From an uncultured Acidobacteriaceae bacterium (lineage in GTDB: Bacteria > Acidobacteriota > Terriglobia > Terriglobales > Acidobacteriaceae), in assembly GCA_963822025.1 (NCBI GenBank), contig CAWGFW010000002.1, forward strand, positions 23,068 to 87,067: a stretch of DNA of 64,000 bases, in the 5' to 3' direction. Made by a program: the position numbers and the translations under genes. Shown one piece after another: positions 25,497-34,167 of this stretch (position 1 is its first letter; every line of letters begins with the position of its first letter). The notes beneath the pieces are model-generated. The model did not search any database, was not told the origin of the DNA, and saw nothing but the letters and a program-made list of their open reading frames with translations.

Positions 25497-27716
25497 ATGG
25501 CCACTACTAAAGTCGATCCCAAGCTGAACCACGCTAATCTTACGAAGCAGGCCAAAAACTATCAGGGGCTCACGGCTCCGCAGCTTATCGATTCGTATCG
25601 ACTCATGTTTACCTCGCGGCGGACAGATGACCGCGAGATCCTCCTCAAGCGTCAGCAAAAGGTTTTCTTCCAGATTTCAGGCGCGGGGCACGAAGCTCTC
25701 GGTGTGGCTGCGGCCTTTGCCTTAAAGGCTGAATACGACTGGTTCTATCCTTATTATCGCGATCGTGCATTGTGTCTGGCGCTGGGCGCTACTCCGTATG
25801 AAATGCTGCTGGGCGCGGTAGGCGCGGCGGATGACCCAAGTTCCGGCGGACGGCAGATGCCTTCGCACTGGGCTTTTAAGCGCTTGAATGTGGTAACGCA
25901 GTCGTCTTGCACCGGAACCCAGATTCTGCAGGCCGTAGGATGCGCGGAAGCAGGCCGCTATTTTGCGGCGCATCCAAAGTCGGCGCAGAAGATCGACGGC
26001 GACTACCGCCAGTTTAAAGATGTGCAATTCCACGGCGACGAAGTCACTTATGTATCGCTTGGGGACGGCACAACCAGCGAAGGTGAATTCTGGGAGGCGC
26101 TGAACACGGCTTCCAACCGGCGCTTGCCCGTAATTTTTTGCGTGGAGGATAACGGCTACGCAATTTCCGTGCCGGTCGAGGTGCAAACGGCGGGCGGAAA
26201 CATCTCGCGGCTGGTCTCGGGCTTTCCTAATTTTCATTTTGAGGAGATTGATGGCACCGATCCCATCGTCGCCTATGCCGCTTTCAAGCGGGCGACAGAT
26301 TACTGCCGCGCGGGCCATGGCCCGGCATTCGTACATGCGCATGTAATCCGGCCTTATTCTCACTCGCTCTCGGATGACGAGCGGCTGTATCGTCCCGATG
26401 GGGAGCGGCAGGCGGATGCGGCTCGCGATCCGGTGCATCGCTTGCAAATGTTTTTGTTGCGCGAGGGAATTCTCGACGAGAAGGGCATCAACAAGATCGA
26501 GAAGGAAGTCGACGAACAACTGCAGATCGACACCGACCGCGCCTTGGCAGCCCCGATCCCGCAGCCAGACACGATTTACAACTTCGTTTACTCGCCCGAT
26601 CTCGATCCGACATCGGAGGCGTTTGACACCCTCCCGGCTGTCGCGCCGCACGAAACCGCGGCGGATGGCAAGCGCTCGCCCGCCGCCAACAAGACGATGG
26701 CCGACCTGATTAACACCACCCTGCGCGATGAGATGCGGCGCGATGAGCGCGTAGTAATTTTCGGCGAAGATGTCGCCGATTGCAGCCGCGAAGACTATCT
26801 CAAGCAGAAACAAGTCAAGGGCAAGGGCGGAGTCTTTAAGCTGACCTCGGGATTGCAGATGGAATTCGGAGCCGACCGCGTTTTTAATTCTCCGCTGGCC
26901 GAAGCAAATATTGTGGGGCGCGCCACGGGCATGGCGCAGCGCGGATTGAAGCCGGTGGTCGAAATTCAGTTCTTCGACTACATATGGCCGGCGATGATGC
27001 AGTTGCGCGATGAGTTGCCGATTGTGCGGTGGCGCTCGAACAATGCTTTCTCTTCGCCGCTCGTGGTGCGCGTCGCGATCGGCGGCTATCTGACCGGCGG
27101 CGCGATCTATCACTCGCAGTGCGGCGAAAGTATTTTTACGCATACGCCTGGGTTGCGCGTCGTTTTTCCTTCGAACGCGCTCGATGCGGCGGGCCTGTTA
27201 CGCACCGCGATTCGGTGCGATGATCCGGTTTTGTTTCTCGAACACAAGCGCCTCTATCGCGAAACCTACGGCCGCGCACCTTATCCGGGGCCGGATTACA
27301 TGGTTCCGTTCGGAAAAGCGAAGGTCGTGCAGCCGGGCACCGATCTCACCGTTGTCACCTATGGCGCGGTGGTTCCGCGGGCCTTGCAGGCGGCGCAAAA
27401 ACTTGAGCGCGAGCATCACGTCAGCGTCGAGCTGATCGATTTGCGATGCTTGAATCCGTTTGACTGGGATGCGATTGCGGCTTCAGTGAAGAAGACGAAC
27501 CGTGCGCTCATCGCCTATGAAGATTCGCTAAGTTGGGGATACGGCGCGGAAATCGCGGCCCGCATCGCGGATCAACTCTTTCATCACCTCGATGCTCCGG
27601 TGAAACGCGTGGCGGCGACCGACACGTTTGTCGCTTATCAGCCGATTCTTGAAGATGCTATTCTGCCGCAGGCGAGCGATTTGTTTCGCGCCATGAAGGA
27701 ACTGGCAGAGTTCTGA
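25497..27716 (+). CDS. TPP-dependent 2-oxoacid dehydrogenase E1 component, fused alpha/beta subunits
   Basis: 739 aa. The N-half is E1-alpha-like (..GDG..SEG.F.EALN.A.., phospho-loop ..YS.SDD). The C-half is E1-beta/transketolase-like (..FGEDV.. , ..FNSPL.E..I.G...G.A..G.KP..EIQF.DY). Confidence 0.9.
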   Translation: MATTKVDPKLNHANLTKQAKNYQGLTAPQLIDSYRLMFTSRRTDDREILLKRQQKVFFQISGAGHEALGVAAAFALKAEYDWFYPYYRDRALCLALGATPYEMLLGAVGAADDPSSGGRQMPSHWAFKRLNVVTQSSCTGTQILQAVGCAEAGRYFAAHPKSAQKIDGDYRQFKDVQFHGDEVTYVSLGDGTTSEGEFWEALNTASNRRLPVIFCVEDNGYAISVPVEVQTAGGNISRLVSGFPNFHFEEIDGTDPIVAYAAFKRATDYCRAGHGPAFVHAHVIRPYSHSLSDDERLYRPDGERQADAARDPVHRLQMFLLREGILDEKGINKIEKEVDEQLQIDTDRALAAPIPQPDTIYNFVYSPDLDPTSEAFDTLPAVAPHETAADGKRSPAANKTMADLINTTLRDEMRRDERVVIFGEDVADCSREDYLKQKQVKGKGGVFKLTSGLQMEFGADRVFNSPLAEANIVGRATGMAQRGLKPVVEIQFFDYIWPAMMQLRDELPIVRWRSNNAFSSPLVVRVAIGGYLTGGAIYHSQCGESIFTHTPGLRVVFPSNALDAAGLLRTAIRCDDPVLFLEHKRLYRETYGRAPYPGPDYMVPFGKAKVVQPGTDLTVVTYGAVVPRALQAAQKLEREHHVSVELIDLRCLNPFDWDAIAASVKKTNRALIAYEDSLSWGYGAEIAARIADQLFHHLDAPVKRVAATDTFVAYQPILEDAILPQASDLFRAMKELAEF

Positions 27717-27759
27717 AGTCCGGCTCTTAAGCTTCTGGCTCTCGTTTCCTGTGCCGTCA

Positions 27760-28173
27760 CTACTTCGCTTTCCGACTCGCCGACCTGCCACTGAACGTCG
27801 CTGCCCACGGTCCTCCGTCGAAGCAAATGAGTGCTAGCGCGATAGTGGCCAGCGCCATAGGGAATTCGAATCCGCCGGGTCCGGTCAGGCCATTCTTGAA
27901 GTGCACCTTCCAGATGGCGATACACATTTCGATCAGGAAGGCGAACGAGAAGAAACGCGTGAACAATCCCAGCACGATTGCGATGCCGCCGAAAAATTCC
28001 GTGCCCGTGGAGAGATAGGCCATCCAGCGCGGAAGGCCGAGGTGGCCGACAAAATCCATGTGGTGATGAAAACCGCCCCATACCTTATGGTAGCCATGGG
28101 CGATCATGATCGCGCCCAGCGCTAGACGCATCACCAAGAGCGCCAGCGGTTGCAGCCGATTGAGAGATTCCAA
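27760..28173 (-). CDS. DoxX family membrane protein
   Basis: 137 aa, 4 TM segments, ..LLVMRLALG.IMI.HG..K.. motif. TTG start preceded by AGGAGG. Confidence 0.85.
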   Translation of the reverse strand: MESLNRLQPLALLVMRLALGAIMIAHGYHKVWGGFHHHMDFVGHLGLPRWMAYLSTGTEFFGGIAIVLGLFTRFFSFAFLIEMCIAIWKVHFKNGLTGPGGFEFPMALATIALALICFDGGPWAATFSGRSASRKAK

Positions 28174-28316
28174 GAGCTCCTCCTAGAAGCAGGTCCCAGC
28201 TGTTTCGTGTCAGGTCTCGCGAAAATCAAAACCTTTTAGCTCCGCAAGTCAACAGATGAACGAAACGCGACTTTTCCTGCAAGCTGCGACCTAAGATTTC
28301 GGCCATGAGGCTTACC

Positions 28317-28739
28317 TTACCACGTCGAATAGGCTTTGCCGTCGCTGCCAACCTGGTTCGAGCCGCTATGAACTCCTATTATCCCGCCGGGCTCGGTTTG
28401 GTCGAGTGACATGATCACGTCATCTCCCGATTCTGTCTCCCAAGTATCGGGATTGCCGGTGATGTCATCCGGAATTGACTTGATGTAACCGGCCGATTTC
28501 AGGTCGGCGAGCGACTGCGGCGCCTTTTGTTTGTCTTGCGCGTATTGGTAGATCATGTAATTCAGCGTTTCCAGATTCTTGCGGAGATTGTCTTCACGAG
28601 CCCGCATCAGGCTATGACTGTAAAGCGGCATGGCCACGCCCAGCAGAATGAGAATGATGCTGATCACCACCATCATCTCGATCAGCGTGAAGCCTTTGCT
28701 TCGTCCTGCGGTGCTGCGTCTTGTCCTTCGTCGGTTCAT
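28317..28739 (-). CDS. GspG/PulG-like pseudopilin (paralogue 3)
   Basis: 140 aa. Prepilin class III signal ..KGFTLIEMMVVISIILILLGVAMP... C-terminal ..GVHSGSNQVGSDGKAYSTW is shared with paralogue 2. Confidence 0.85.
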   Translation of the reverse strand: MNRRRTRRSTAGRSKGFTLIEMMVVISIILILLGVAMPLYSHSLMRAREDNLRKNLETLNYMIYQYAQDKQKAPQSLADLKSAGYIKSIPDDITGNPDTWETESGDDVIMSLDQTEPGGIIGVHSGSNQVGSDGKAYSTW

Positions 28740-28864
28740 CCCGTGTCGGTCGCTCGATCAACTGGCCGATGTTGAATATGATGCACTTTTCGGTGCGACG
28801 GAAACCACGACCTCCAATCGCGCCCGTCCAATCAATGTCCTAAACTTCGCATTTCTCAAACGCT

Positions 28865-29314
28865 CTAATGCGTCCAACTCGAATAGGCGGTGCCGTCGCT
28901 GGAGAGTTCATTCGAACCGCTGTGCACACTGCCGATGCCGGTATTGTTCGGGTCCCACGCGTTTTCCGGATCTTCTGGTTCCGTCTGCCACGTCGTCGGC
29001 GTACCAGTGATGTCATCCGGGATGAATTTGATGTATCCGGGCACGAGATCGTCGAGCGACTGCGGTGCATGCTTTTTATCGAGCGAATACTCCTGAATGA
29101 CCTTATTGAGGGTGGTCAGGTTCTGATGAAGCTTGGCCTCTTTGGCGCGCACGATGCTCTGGTTATACATAGGCAGCGCGATCGCAATCAGCACCAGGAT
29201 CAGGCTGATCACGACCACCATCTCGATCAGCGTGAAGCCACGGCTGGGGAGTTTGCGCGCATTGGCTTCAGCATTTCTGAGTTTGGAAATGCCAGCTTTG
29301 GAGGGAAATTTCAT
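28865..29314 (-). CDS. GspG/PulG-like pseudopilin (paralogue 2)
   Basis: 149 aa. ..RGFTLIEMVVVISLILVLIAIALP.. and tail ..SVHSGSNELSSDGTAYSSW. The ATG abuts the stop of the upstream gene. Confidence 0.85.
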   Translation of the reverse strand: MKFPSKAGISKLRNAEANARKLPSRGFTLIEMVVVISLILVLIAIALPMYNQSIVRAKEAKLHQNLTTLNKVIQEYSLDKKHAPQSLDDLVPGYIKFIPDDITGTPTTWQTEPEDPENAWDPNNTGIGSVHSGSNELSSDGTAYSSWTH

Positions 29315-29791
29315 CTACCAATCCTTGTATTTCGTGCCGTCCAAAGCAGTCTGGTCTGACTTGGTGTAAACGTCGAAAACGTTCTGCCCGCCCCACGAGG
29401 TCGAATCTTTGTCGTCTTGCATCGACCGCAATCCCCATTCGTCGTGGGTCATCGGATCGACCGGAACCTTACGCAGAAACTTCAATTTCTTGCCAGCAAC
29501 GTCGACACCCTTCACCAGCGTATCGAGATCGGGAGGATAGCCCTGGCTATCCACCTTGATCTGAAACGCGCCCATGTCGGCCGCGGCTTTGTAGCGATCG
29601 ATGGCGTCGCGGATCATCCAGAGGTCGTAGCGCAGTTCGTGCTCCCGCTCGCGGGCAACGGCATTCTTGGCAACTGGAATTGCCATTCCAACCAGGATCG
29701 CCACGATCGCCGTTGCCACGATCAGCTCGATCAGCGTGAAGCCGCGCTGGCCAGTTGCCCCGGCCTTTTTCGTTCTTGTTGATTGAGTCAT
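29315..29791 (-). CDS. GspG/PulG-like major pseudopilin (paralogue 1)
   Basis: 158 aa. ..QRGFTLIELIVATAIVAILVGMAIP.., then ..RE.ELR..L..IR.AID.Y.. and ..YP..L..LV.. typical of T2SS GspG. Confidence 0.88.
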   Translation of the reverse strand: MTQSTRTKKAGATGQRGFTLIELIVATAIVAILVGMAIPVAKNAVAREREHELRYDLWMIRDAIDRYKAAADMGAFQIKVDSQGYPPDLDTLVKGVDVAGKKLKFLRKVPVDPMTHDEWGLRSMQDDKDSTSWGGQNVFDVYTKSDQTALDGTKYKDW

Positions 29792-29872
29792 AACATCCGC
29801 TGCTCGTTATGCCCGCGCTGTCTGCATTCTGCGGGCACATCCATAGATCCAGCTCCGCTCACGATGACAGCG

Positions 29873-32218
29873 CTATTGAATGGTGATTGCCGCTTGCGCT
29901 CCGCTCATGGCAATCGGCTGCATCGCCGGATCGCGCGCGCCGCCGCGCGTGATGGTCAAGGCAGACTGGCCTGCCGCTTTGGCCATGAAGGTGAGGGTCA
30001 CCACTGCGCCCTGCCCGGAAACGCCGCCGGCGCCCGGAGGCCGCGACGCTGTAATTTGCATCGTGCCCGTCGTCGTATCCTCGCGATGCGCCACGGTTAC
30101 TATTTGCCCATCCTGCGAGAGGAAGCCTCCGTTCGAAACGTTGACCACCTCCAACTTATTCGGATCGTAGTTGAGTTGTACGGGCACGGAATAAACGTTC
30201 TGGCCGCCCGAGAGCATGACATTCACGGTGAACGTCGAACCCTTGGGTTGATTCAGGGTAGGCGGATCAAAGAGGAATGTGCCACCTCTCGCACTAGCCC
30301 CAGCCGGGTTCGGTGGAGTCGGAGATGACAAAGTAAAATTCTGCGGAGTGGGGCTCTGCATCGCTGCCTGCGGCTGCATCGGCGAAGCCGGCGGGACTGC
30401 GGACGAGGTTGGCGAACCAGCCGGAGCAGATGTGGCTGGCGTCGGCGCCTTGGCATTCGCCAGCCGGAGCGACAGCGCATTGGCCGTGCCCACGTCGAGC
30501 ATCTCATTGCTGTCACGAGAAAATTCAGGCCCGCGAATAATGTGCGGGATCAGAACAAAGATCACTTCGTTCGAAGAGTGATCCGACGTGTCCTGGGCAA
30601 AGAGATACTTCAAGATCGGAATCGAAGCGAGGCCAGGAATTCCGGTGAGCGACTTGGTCTTCGAATCCTCCATCATGCCGCCGAGCACGCTGACTTCGCC
30701 ATCTTTCAAGCGGATATCGTGTTCAATCTTGCGCTGGCCGATGACCGGCTGGCTGATGCCGCCGATGCTGACGTAGGAGTCGACTTCCGAGACATCCATC
30801 GACAGCTTCAATGAAATCTCGCGGCCCGCGTGTACCCGCGGAGTAATGTCGATATTCACGCCAACGTCGAGATATTGAAATTGAGTATTAACCAGCGGGT
30901 TGATGCCGACGCCGCCGATACCCGGCTGAAACGATCCGGTAGCCACCGGCACGCGCTCGCCGATTTTCAAAGAAGCCTTCTGGCCATCGAGGGCGCGAAT
31001 CTGCGGATTCTGAATAACTTTGGTGTCATTATCCGCCATCAACGCCGTGGCCGAAGCTTGCGGAATGGTCACCTGGAAATCGGTGGCGTTGAGATTGGCA
31101 ATCGTATTCAGGCTGATGCCGTTCGTCGTTGTAGAGGTAGTGCTCGAGGTAGTAGTGGTAGTCGAAGTGGTCGACCCGGTAGTACTGATATTCGGCTGCA
31201 ATTGCACCGAAACGCTGGTCGGCGGATTGATGCCGAGGGTGTGCGATTTATCGCGGCTCACCTGCATGACCGCGATTTCAATCATGACCTCAGGCTTTGC
31301 CTTGTCGAGATCGTCGACCAGTTTCTGCGCCAGGGCTACCTGGTCGGGCGTGCCGCGCACTACGATCGCTCCCTGCGAGGGCAATTGCTGAATACGGCTC
31401 ACTTCGAGAATAGTGCGCATCGCGTTGACTACGTCCTGCAACTCGGTTGGCTGGGAGAGATTCGAAAGATAAAAAGTTTTGATGACGTTTTGTTCCAGCT
31501 CTTTGCGTTTGGCAGGATTGTCTTGCGCGATAAAAATCGTATTCGGCGTCACCGGACGCCAAAAGGTTTTGGTCTCAAAGGAAATGATCTCGAGCGCCTC
31601 TTGCAGCGTGACGTTATTGAGTTCGACATGCACCTGGCGCGGCGTGTAATCGGGATCGAAAAGAACGTTGATGCCGGCGAGTTTGCCGACGGTTTCGTAG
31701 ATTACATTCGACTTTTCCGTCACCTTGAGGGTGATAGGCACATTCGAAATCGGAGCCAGTTCCACTGGTCCCTGCGCCGACTCCAACCGCCGCCGCAACG
31801 CGGTCGGAGCTGCCGCTTGCGGCACGGGAGTTTGCGCATCCTTGATCGCTTGCTGCGTCCGCTTCAGTTCCTGGAGCGCGATGAAAGACGATGGATCGGT
31901 TTCGATCGCCTTCTGGAATTCGACCACCGCCTCGTCGAGTTTGCCGGCATCGCGCAAAGTCTGGCCCCGGTGTACGTGCGATGCCCCAGCCAAAAAGCGC
32001 GTCCGCTCGAAAGCGGTGCGATATCTCAGATCTTTGGGCTTGAGGTTATAAGCTTGTTTGAAATAGTCGAACGCTTGCTCGTAGTTCTGGCGCGCCTCGG
32101 CATCGGTGCCTTTTTCGTAAAGGGCTTTGGCCGAATCGTGACTTTTCCCAGCGAGCGGAAGCGCCAAACAGAGCAACACTAGAACAGACAAAGCCGGAGG
32201 GATCAGGCGTCTCATCAA
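29873..32218 (-). CDS. secretin with N-terminal TPR-like region and C-terminal cohesin-like domain
   Basis: 781 aa. Signal peptide, TPR-like helices (aa ~30-130), secretin N-domains, a Thr/Ser run, the secretin core (..GIPGLASIPILKYLF...EVIFVLIPHIIR), a Pro/Ala/Ser linker, then a ~140-aa beta-sandwich resembling cohesin (GSTFTVNVML..VPVQLNYDPNKLEVVNV..). Confidence 0.88.
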   Translation of the reverse strand: MMRRLIPPALSVLVLLCLALPLAGKSHDSAKALYEKGTDAEARQNYEQAFDYFKQAYNLKPKDLRYRTAFERTRFLAGASHVHRGQTLRDAGKLDEAVVEFQKAIETDPSSFIALQELKRTQQAIKDAQTPVPQAAAPTALRRRLESAQGPVELAPISNVPITLKVTEKSNVIYETVGKLAGINVLFDPDYTPRQVHVELNNVTLQEALEIISFETKTFWRPVTPNTIFIAQDNPAKRKELEQNVIKTFYLSNLSQPTELQDVVNAMRTILEVSRIQQLPSQGAIVVRGTPDQVALAQKLVDDLDKAKPEVMIEIAVMQVSRDKSHTLGINPPTSVSVQLQPNISTTGSTTSTTTTTSSTTSTTTNGISLNTIANLNATDFQVTIPQASATALMADNDTKVIQNPQIRALDGQKASLKIGERVPVATGSFQPGIGGVGINPLVNTQFQYLDVGVNIDITPRVHAGREISLKLSMDVSEVDSYVSIGGISQPVIGQRKIEHDIRLKDGEVSVLGGMMEDSKTKSLTGIPGLASIPILKYLFAQDTSDHSSNEVIFVLIPHIIRGPEFSRDSNEMLDVGTANALSLRLANAKAPTPATSAPAGSPTSSAVPPASPMQPQAAMQSPTPQNFTLSSPTPPNPAGASARGGTFLFDPPTLNQPKGSTFTVNVMLSGGQNVYSVPVQLNYDPNKLEVVNVSNGGFLSQDGQIVTVAHREDTTTGTMQITASRPPGAGGVSGQGAVVTLTFMAKAAGQSALTITRGGARDPAMQPIAMSGAQAAITIQ

Positions 32219-32525
32219 GCAATCCTCATAAAAATTTTCTTCGTCCGGCCGTGGCGCCCGGCCAGACTTATCCCGGCAAGACGCATCGAACCACCCGAAA
32301 AAACAAACCGGTCAGGCATCTCCGGGGCGGTTACGTGCAAAAAGTACCGGAAATTCGGATTATAGCATCGCAGCAACGGGCGCCCGAAGTGATTGGTAGG
32401 GCGATGTTTACACTCATTAGTACAGGTACTGACGGACAGCTCACAGATCGCAGAAGAGCAAACCCTTTCTTGCGCGATGCCAAGAACTCTCGAAAAAGAA
32501 CCCTGCGTTATCAGCAGTTGCTTTT

Positions 32526-32553
32526 CCTGCGACCTGTCACCTGACACCTGCCC
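32526..32553 (+). repeat. period-7 tandem tract (CCTGCGA CCTGTCA CCTGACA CCTGCCC)
   Basis: Four contiguous heptamers ending 23 nt before the smpB ATG. Confidence 0.6.
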
Positions 32554-32576
32554 CGTGTTACTTTCTTTTCAGCACC

Positions 32577-33107
32577 ATGGCCAAGCAGACTACCCACCAG
32601 ACAGCGCCCCATCGCGAGAAAAACCCGCGCCGCCAGCCGACCGCTTCAGGGGAAAAGGATGCTGCCGTAAATAGGAACGCGAGTCACAACTATTTCTTGC
32701 TCGAAAAATTTGAAGCCGGTGTCGTGCTAACCGGAACCGAGGTAAAGTCGGTCCGCACCGGCAAGACCAATCTCAAGGACGCCTATGGCCTGATCAAAGA
32801 TGGCGAACTGTGGCTCCTCAACTGCCACATCAGCCCCTACGACTTTGGCAATTATGCCAATCACGCCGCCCTGCGGACGCGCAAGCTTCTGATTCACAGA
32901 GAAGAAATTCGCAAACTGATCGGCAAAACGCAGCAGAAAGGGCTGACGCTGATTCCAACGCGCATGTATTTCAAGAACGGCAGGATCAAAGTCGAACTCG
33001 CGCTAGCCAAGGGCAAACAGCTGTGGGATAAACGCGAAACCGAGCGCCGCCGCACCGCCGATAAAGAGGCCCGCGAGGCGATCTCGCGGGGAAGAAAACA
33101 GGTATGA
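32577..33107 (+). CDS. smpB: SsrA-binding protein
   Basis: 176 aa. ..N.NA.HNYF..E.FEAG..L.G.EVKS.R.GK.NL.D.Y.....GE.WL.N.HI.PY.. and ..R.RKLL.H..EI.KL.. are classic SmpB. The basic N-terminal extension makes the exact start uncertain. Confidence 0.92.
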   Translation: MAKQTTHQTAPHREKNPRRQPTASGEKDAAVNRNASHNYFLLEKFEAGVVLTGTEVKSVRTGKTNLKDAYGLIKDGELWLLNCHISPYDFGNYANHAALRTRKLLIHREEIRKLIGKTQQKGLTLIPTRMYFKNGRIKVELALAKGKQLWDKRETERRRTADKEAREAISRGRKQV

Positions 33108-33117
33108 CCACCGACCG

Positions 33118-33804
33118 CTACAGCACGTTTGCCACGAAGTCCACCAGAAAGTGCCCGAACATATTCGACACCAGATCCTGTCGCCATAAATAAAAGGCAG
33201 CCAGAATTCCCCCGAGCACGAGCGCGATCAGAATATTGGCCGCTCCTCCCGTCCAGTGGGCCGCGCTAAAGATAGCGAGTGGGATCGCCCAGGACGCGAT
33301 CCGTCCCGCGCCTACTGCTCGCAGCCGTTCGATGGCGTACCCGCGATAGAACAACTCTTCGACTACGCCGGCACGCAGAACGACGATACAAACAACCCAA
33401 ACGGGAAGCTTGGCAAAGGCCTGCGAAGCGGCACCATGGCCGTAGCCGGTCAGCTTCACCAGCACCGCCGCGGGCACGATGCAGGCAATGGCAATCACCA
33501 CGCCCCAAGCCAGCGACTTCCACAGCGGAGACGTGCCGATCCCGATGGAAGTGAGCGGCAGGCCTTCCCTTTTGCGCACCAACCACACAAGCAAGCCAGC
33601 ACTCGCAAACATGCAAGCCTCTCGGGCCAGCGTCAGGGCCGTTCCGGGCTCAGGCGTGACCGCTCGAAATGCCTGCCGGATGATCAGCATGGAGAACAGA
33701 GACAGGCCTAGGCCGATCCACGTTGTGGCCTTGCCGGCGCCAGAGGGCGCCACCGCATCTTTCCTGCCCGCGATTTCCGCAATCAAGTTATCGTTCATAA
33801 ACAA
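33118..33804 (-). CDS. CPBP family intramembrane glutamic endopeptidase
   Basis: 228 aa polytopic. Motifs EELFYRGY and ..FSAAHW.. (CAAX protease family). Confidence 0.85.
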   Translation of the reverse strand: MFMNDNLIAEIAGRKDAVAPSGAGKATTWIGLGLSLFSMLIIRQAFRAVTPEPGTALTLAREACMFASAGLLVWLVRKREGLPLTSIGIGTSPLWKSLAWGVVIAIACIVPAAVLVKLTGYGHGAASQAFAKLPVWVVCIVVLRAGVVEELFYRGYAIERLRAVGAGRIASWAIPLAIFSAAHWTGGAANILIALVLGGILAAFYLWRQDLVSNMFGHFLVDFVANVL

Positions 33805-33921
33805 GTTTACGAAGCGGGCGTCGCCAAAGTTCCCAACCGCAGGCTTTCACGGCAAGTAATTCGAATATCGCAATGGGCGATGAATTCGGCGAGATTTAAG
33901 AGAATTTTGCTGCTGGTTTAG

Positions 33922-33990
33922 ATTGCCCGGCCCGCCGCTTGGGGGCGGCTATGTGGGGTCGTGGGGTGAGGCCGGGCAATTTTTTGTTTC
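33922..33990 (+). terminator. orphan intrinsic-terminator-like structure
   Basis: ATTGCCCGGC (33922-33931) pairs perfectly with GCCGGGCAAT (33971-33980). Inner hairpin CCGCC-GCTTGGG-GGCGG. Followed by TTTTTTGTTT. No plus-strand gene lies upstream. Confidence 0.5.
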
Positions 33991-34037
33991 CAGGATTGCA
34001 ATTGCTAACTTTATACGCCACCCGGCCGAAAGTGTTG

Positions 34038-34096
34038 TGTGACCACGATCACCATTCTTTGTGACTATGACACCTCCACCTGTGACAAATATCACT
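34038..34096. promoter_or_regulatory. three phased CRP/FNR-family-like boxes (TGTGA-N6-TCAC)
   Basis: TGTGACCACGATCAC (34038), TGTGACTATGACAC (34060) and TGTGACAAATATCAC (34081). Starts are spaced 22 and 21 bp apart. Centres lie ~79-123 nt upstream of ferredoxin ATG 34168. Confidence 0.4.
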
Positions 34097-34167
34097 GCCC
34101 CGGCGGACATCCCGCCGTAAGGTAGAGGCTGAATCTAGTCCACTAACGTTTTCAGGAGAAACACCCA

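Noticed and set aside
25722-27143. 473-aa ORF antisense to the fused E1 dehydrogenase gene
   Set aside because: It lies entirely within a gene that has clear TPP-E1 motifs on the other strand. Its Arg/Ala/Leu-rich, motif-free composition is typical of stop-poor antisense frames in GC-rich DNA.
30830-32182. 450-aa ORF antisense to the secretin gene
   Set aside because: Same reasoning: Arg/His/Leu-rich with no recognisable motif, while the sense strand carries a full secretin architecture.
32219-32576. Possible tmRNA or other structured RNA in the 358-nt region upstream of smpB (33805-34167 was also checked)
   Set aside because: No GGGG..TTCGACGGG-type 5' end, no tag-peptide reading frame ending in ..LAA, and no tRNA-like 3' end were found by eye. 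Only a heptamer tract and ordinary promoter-like sequence are present.
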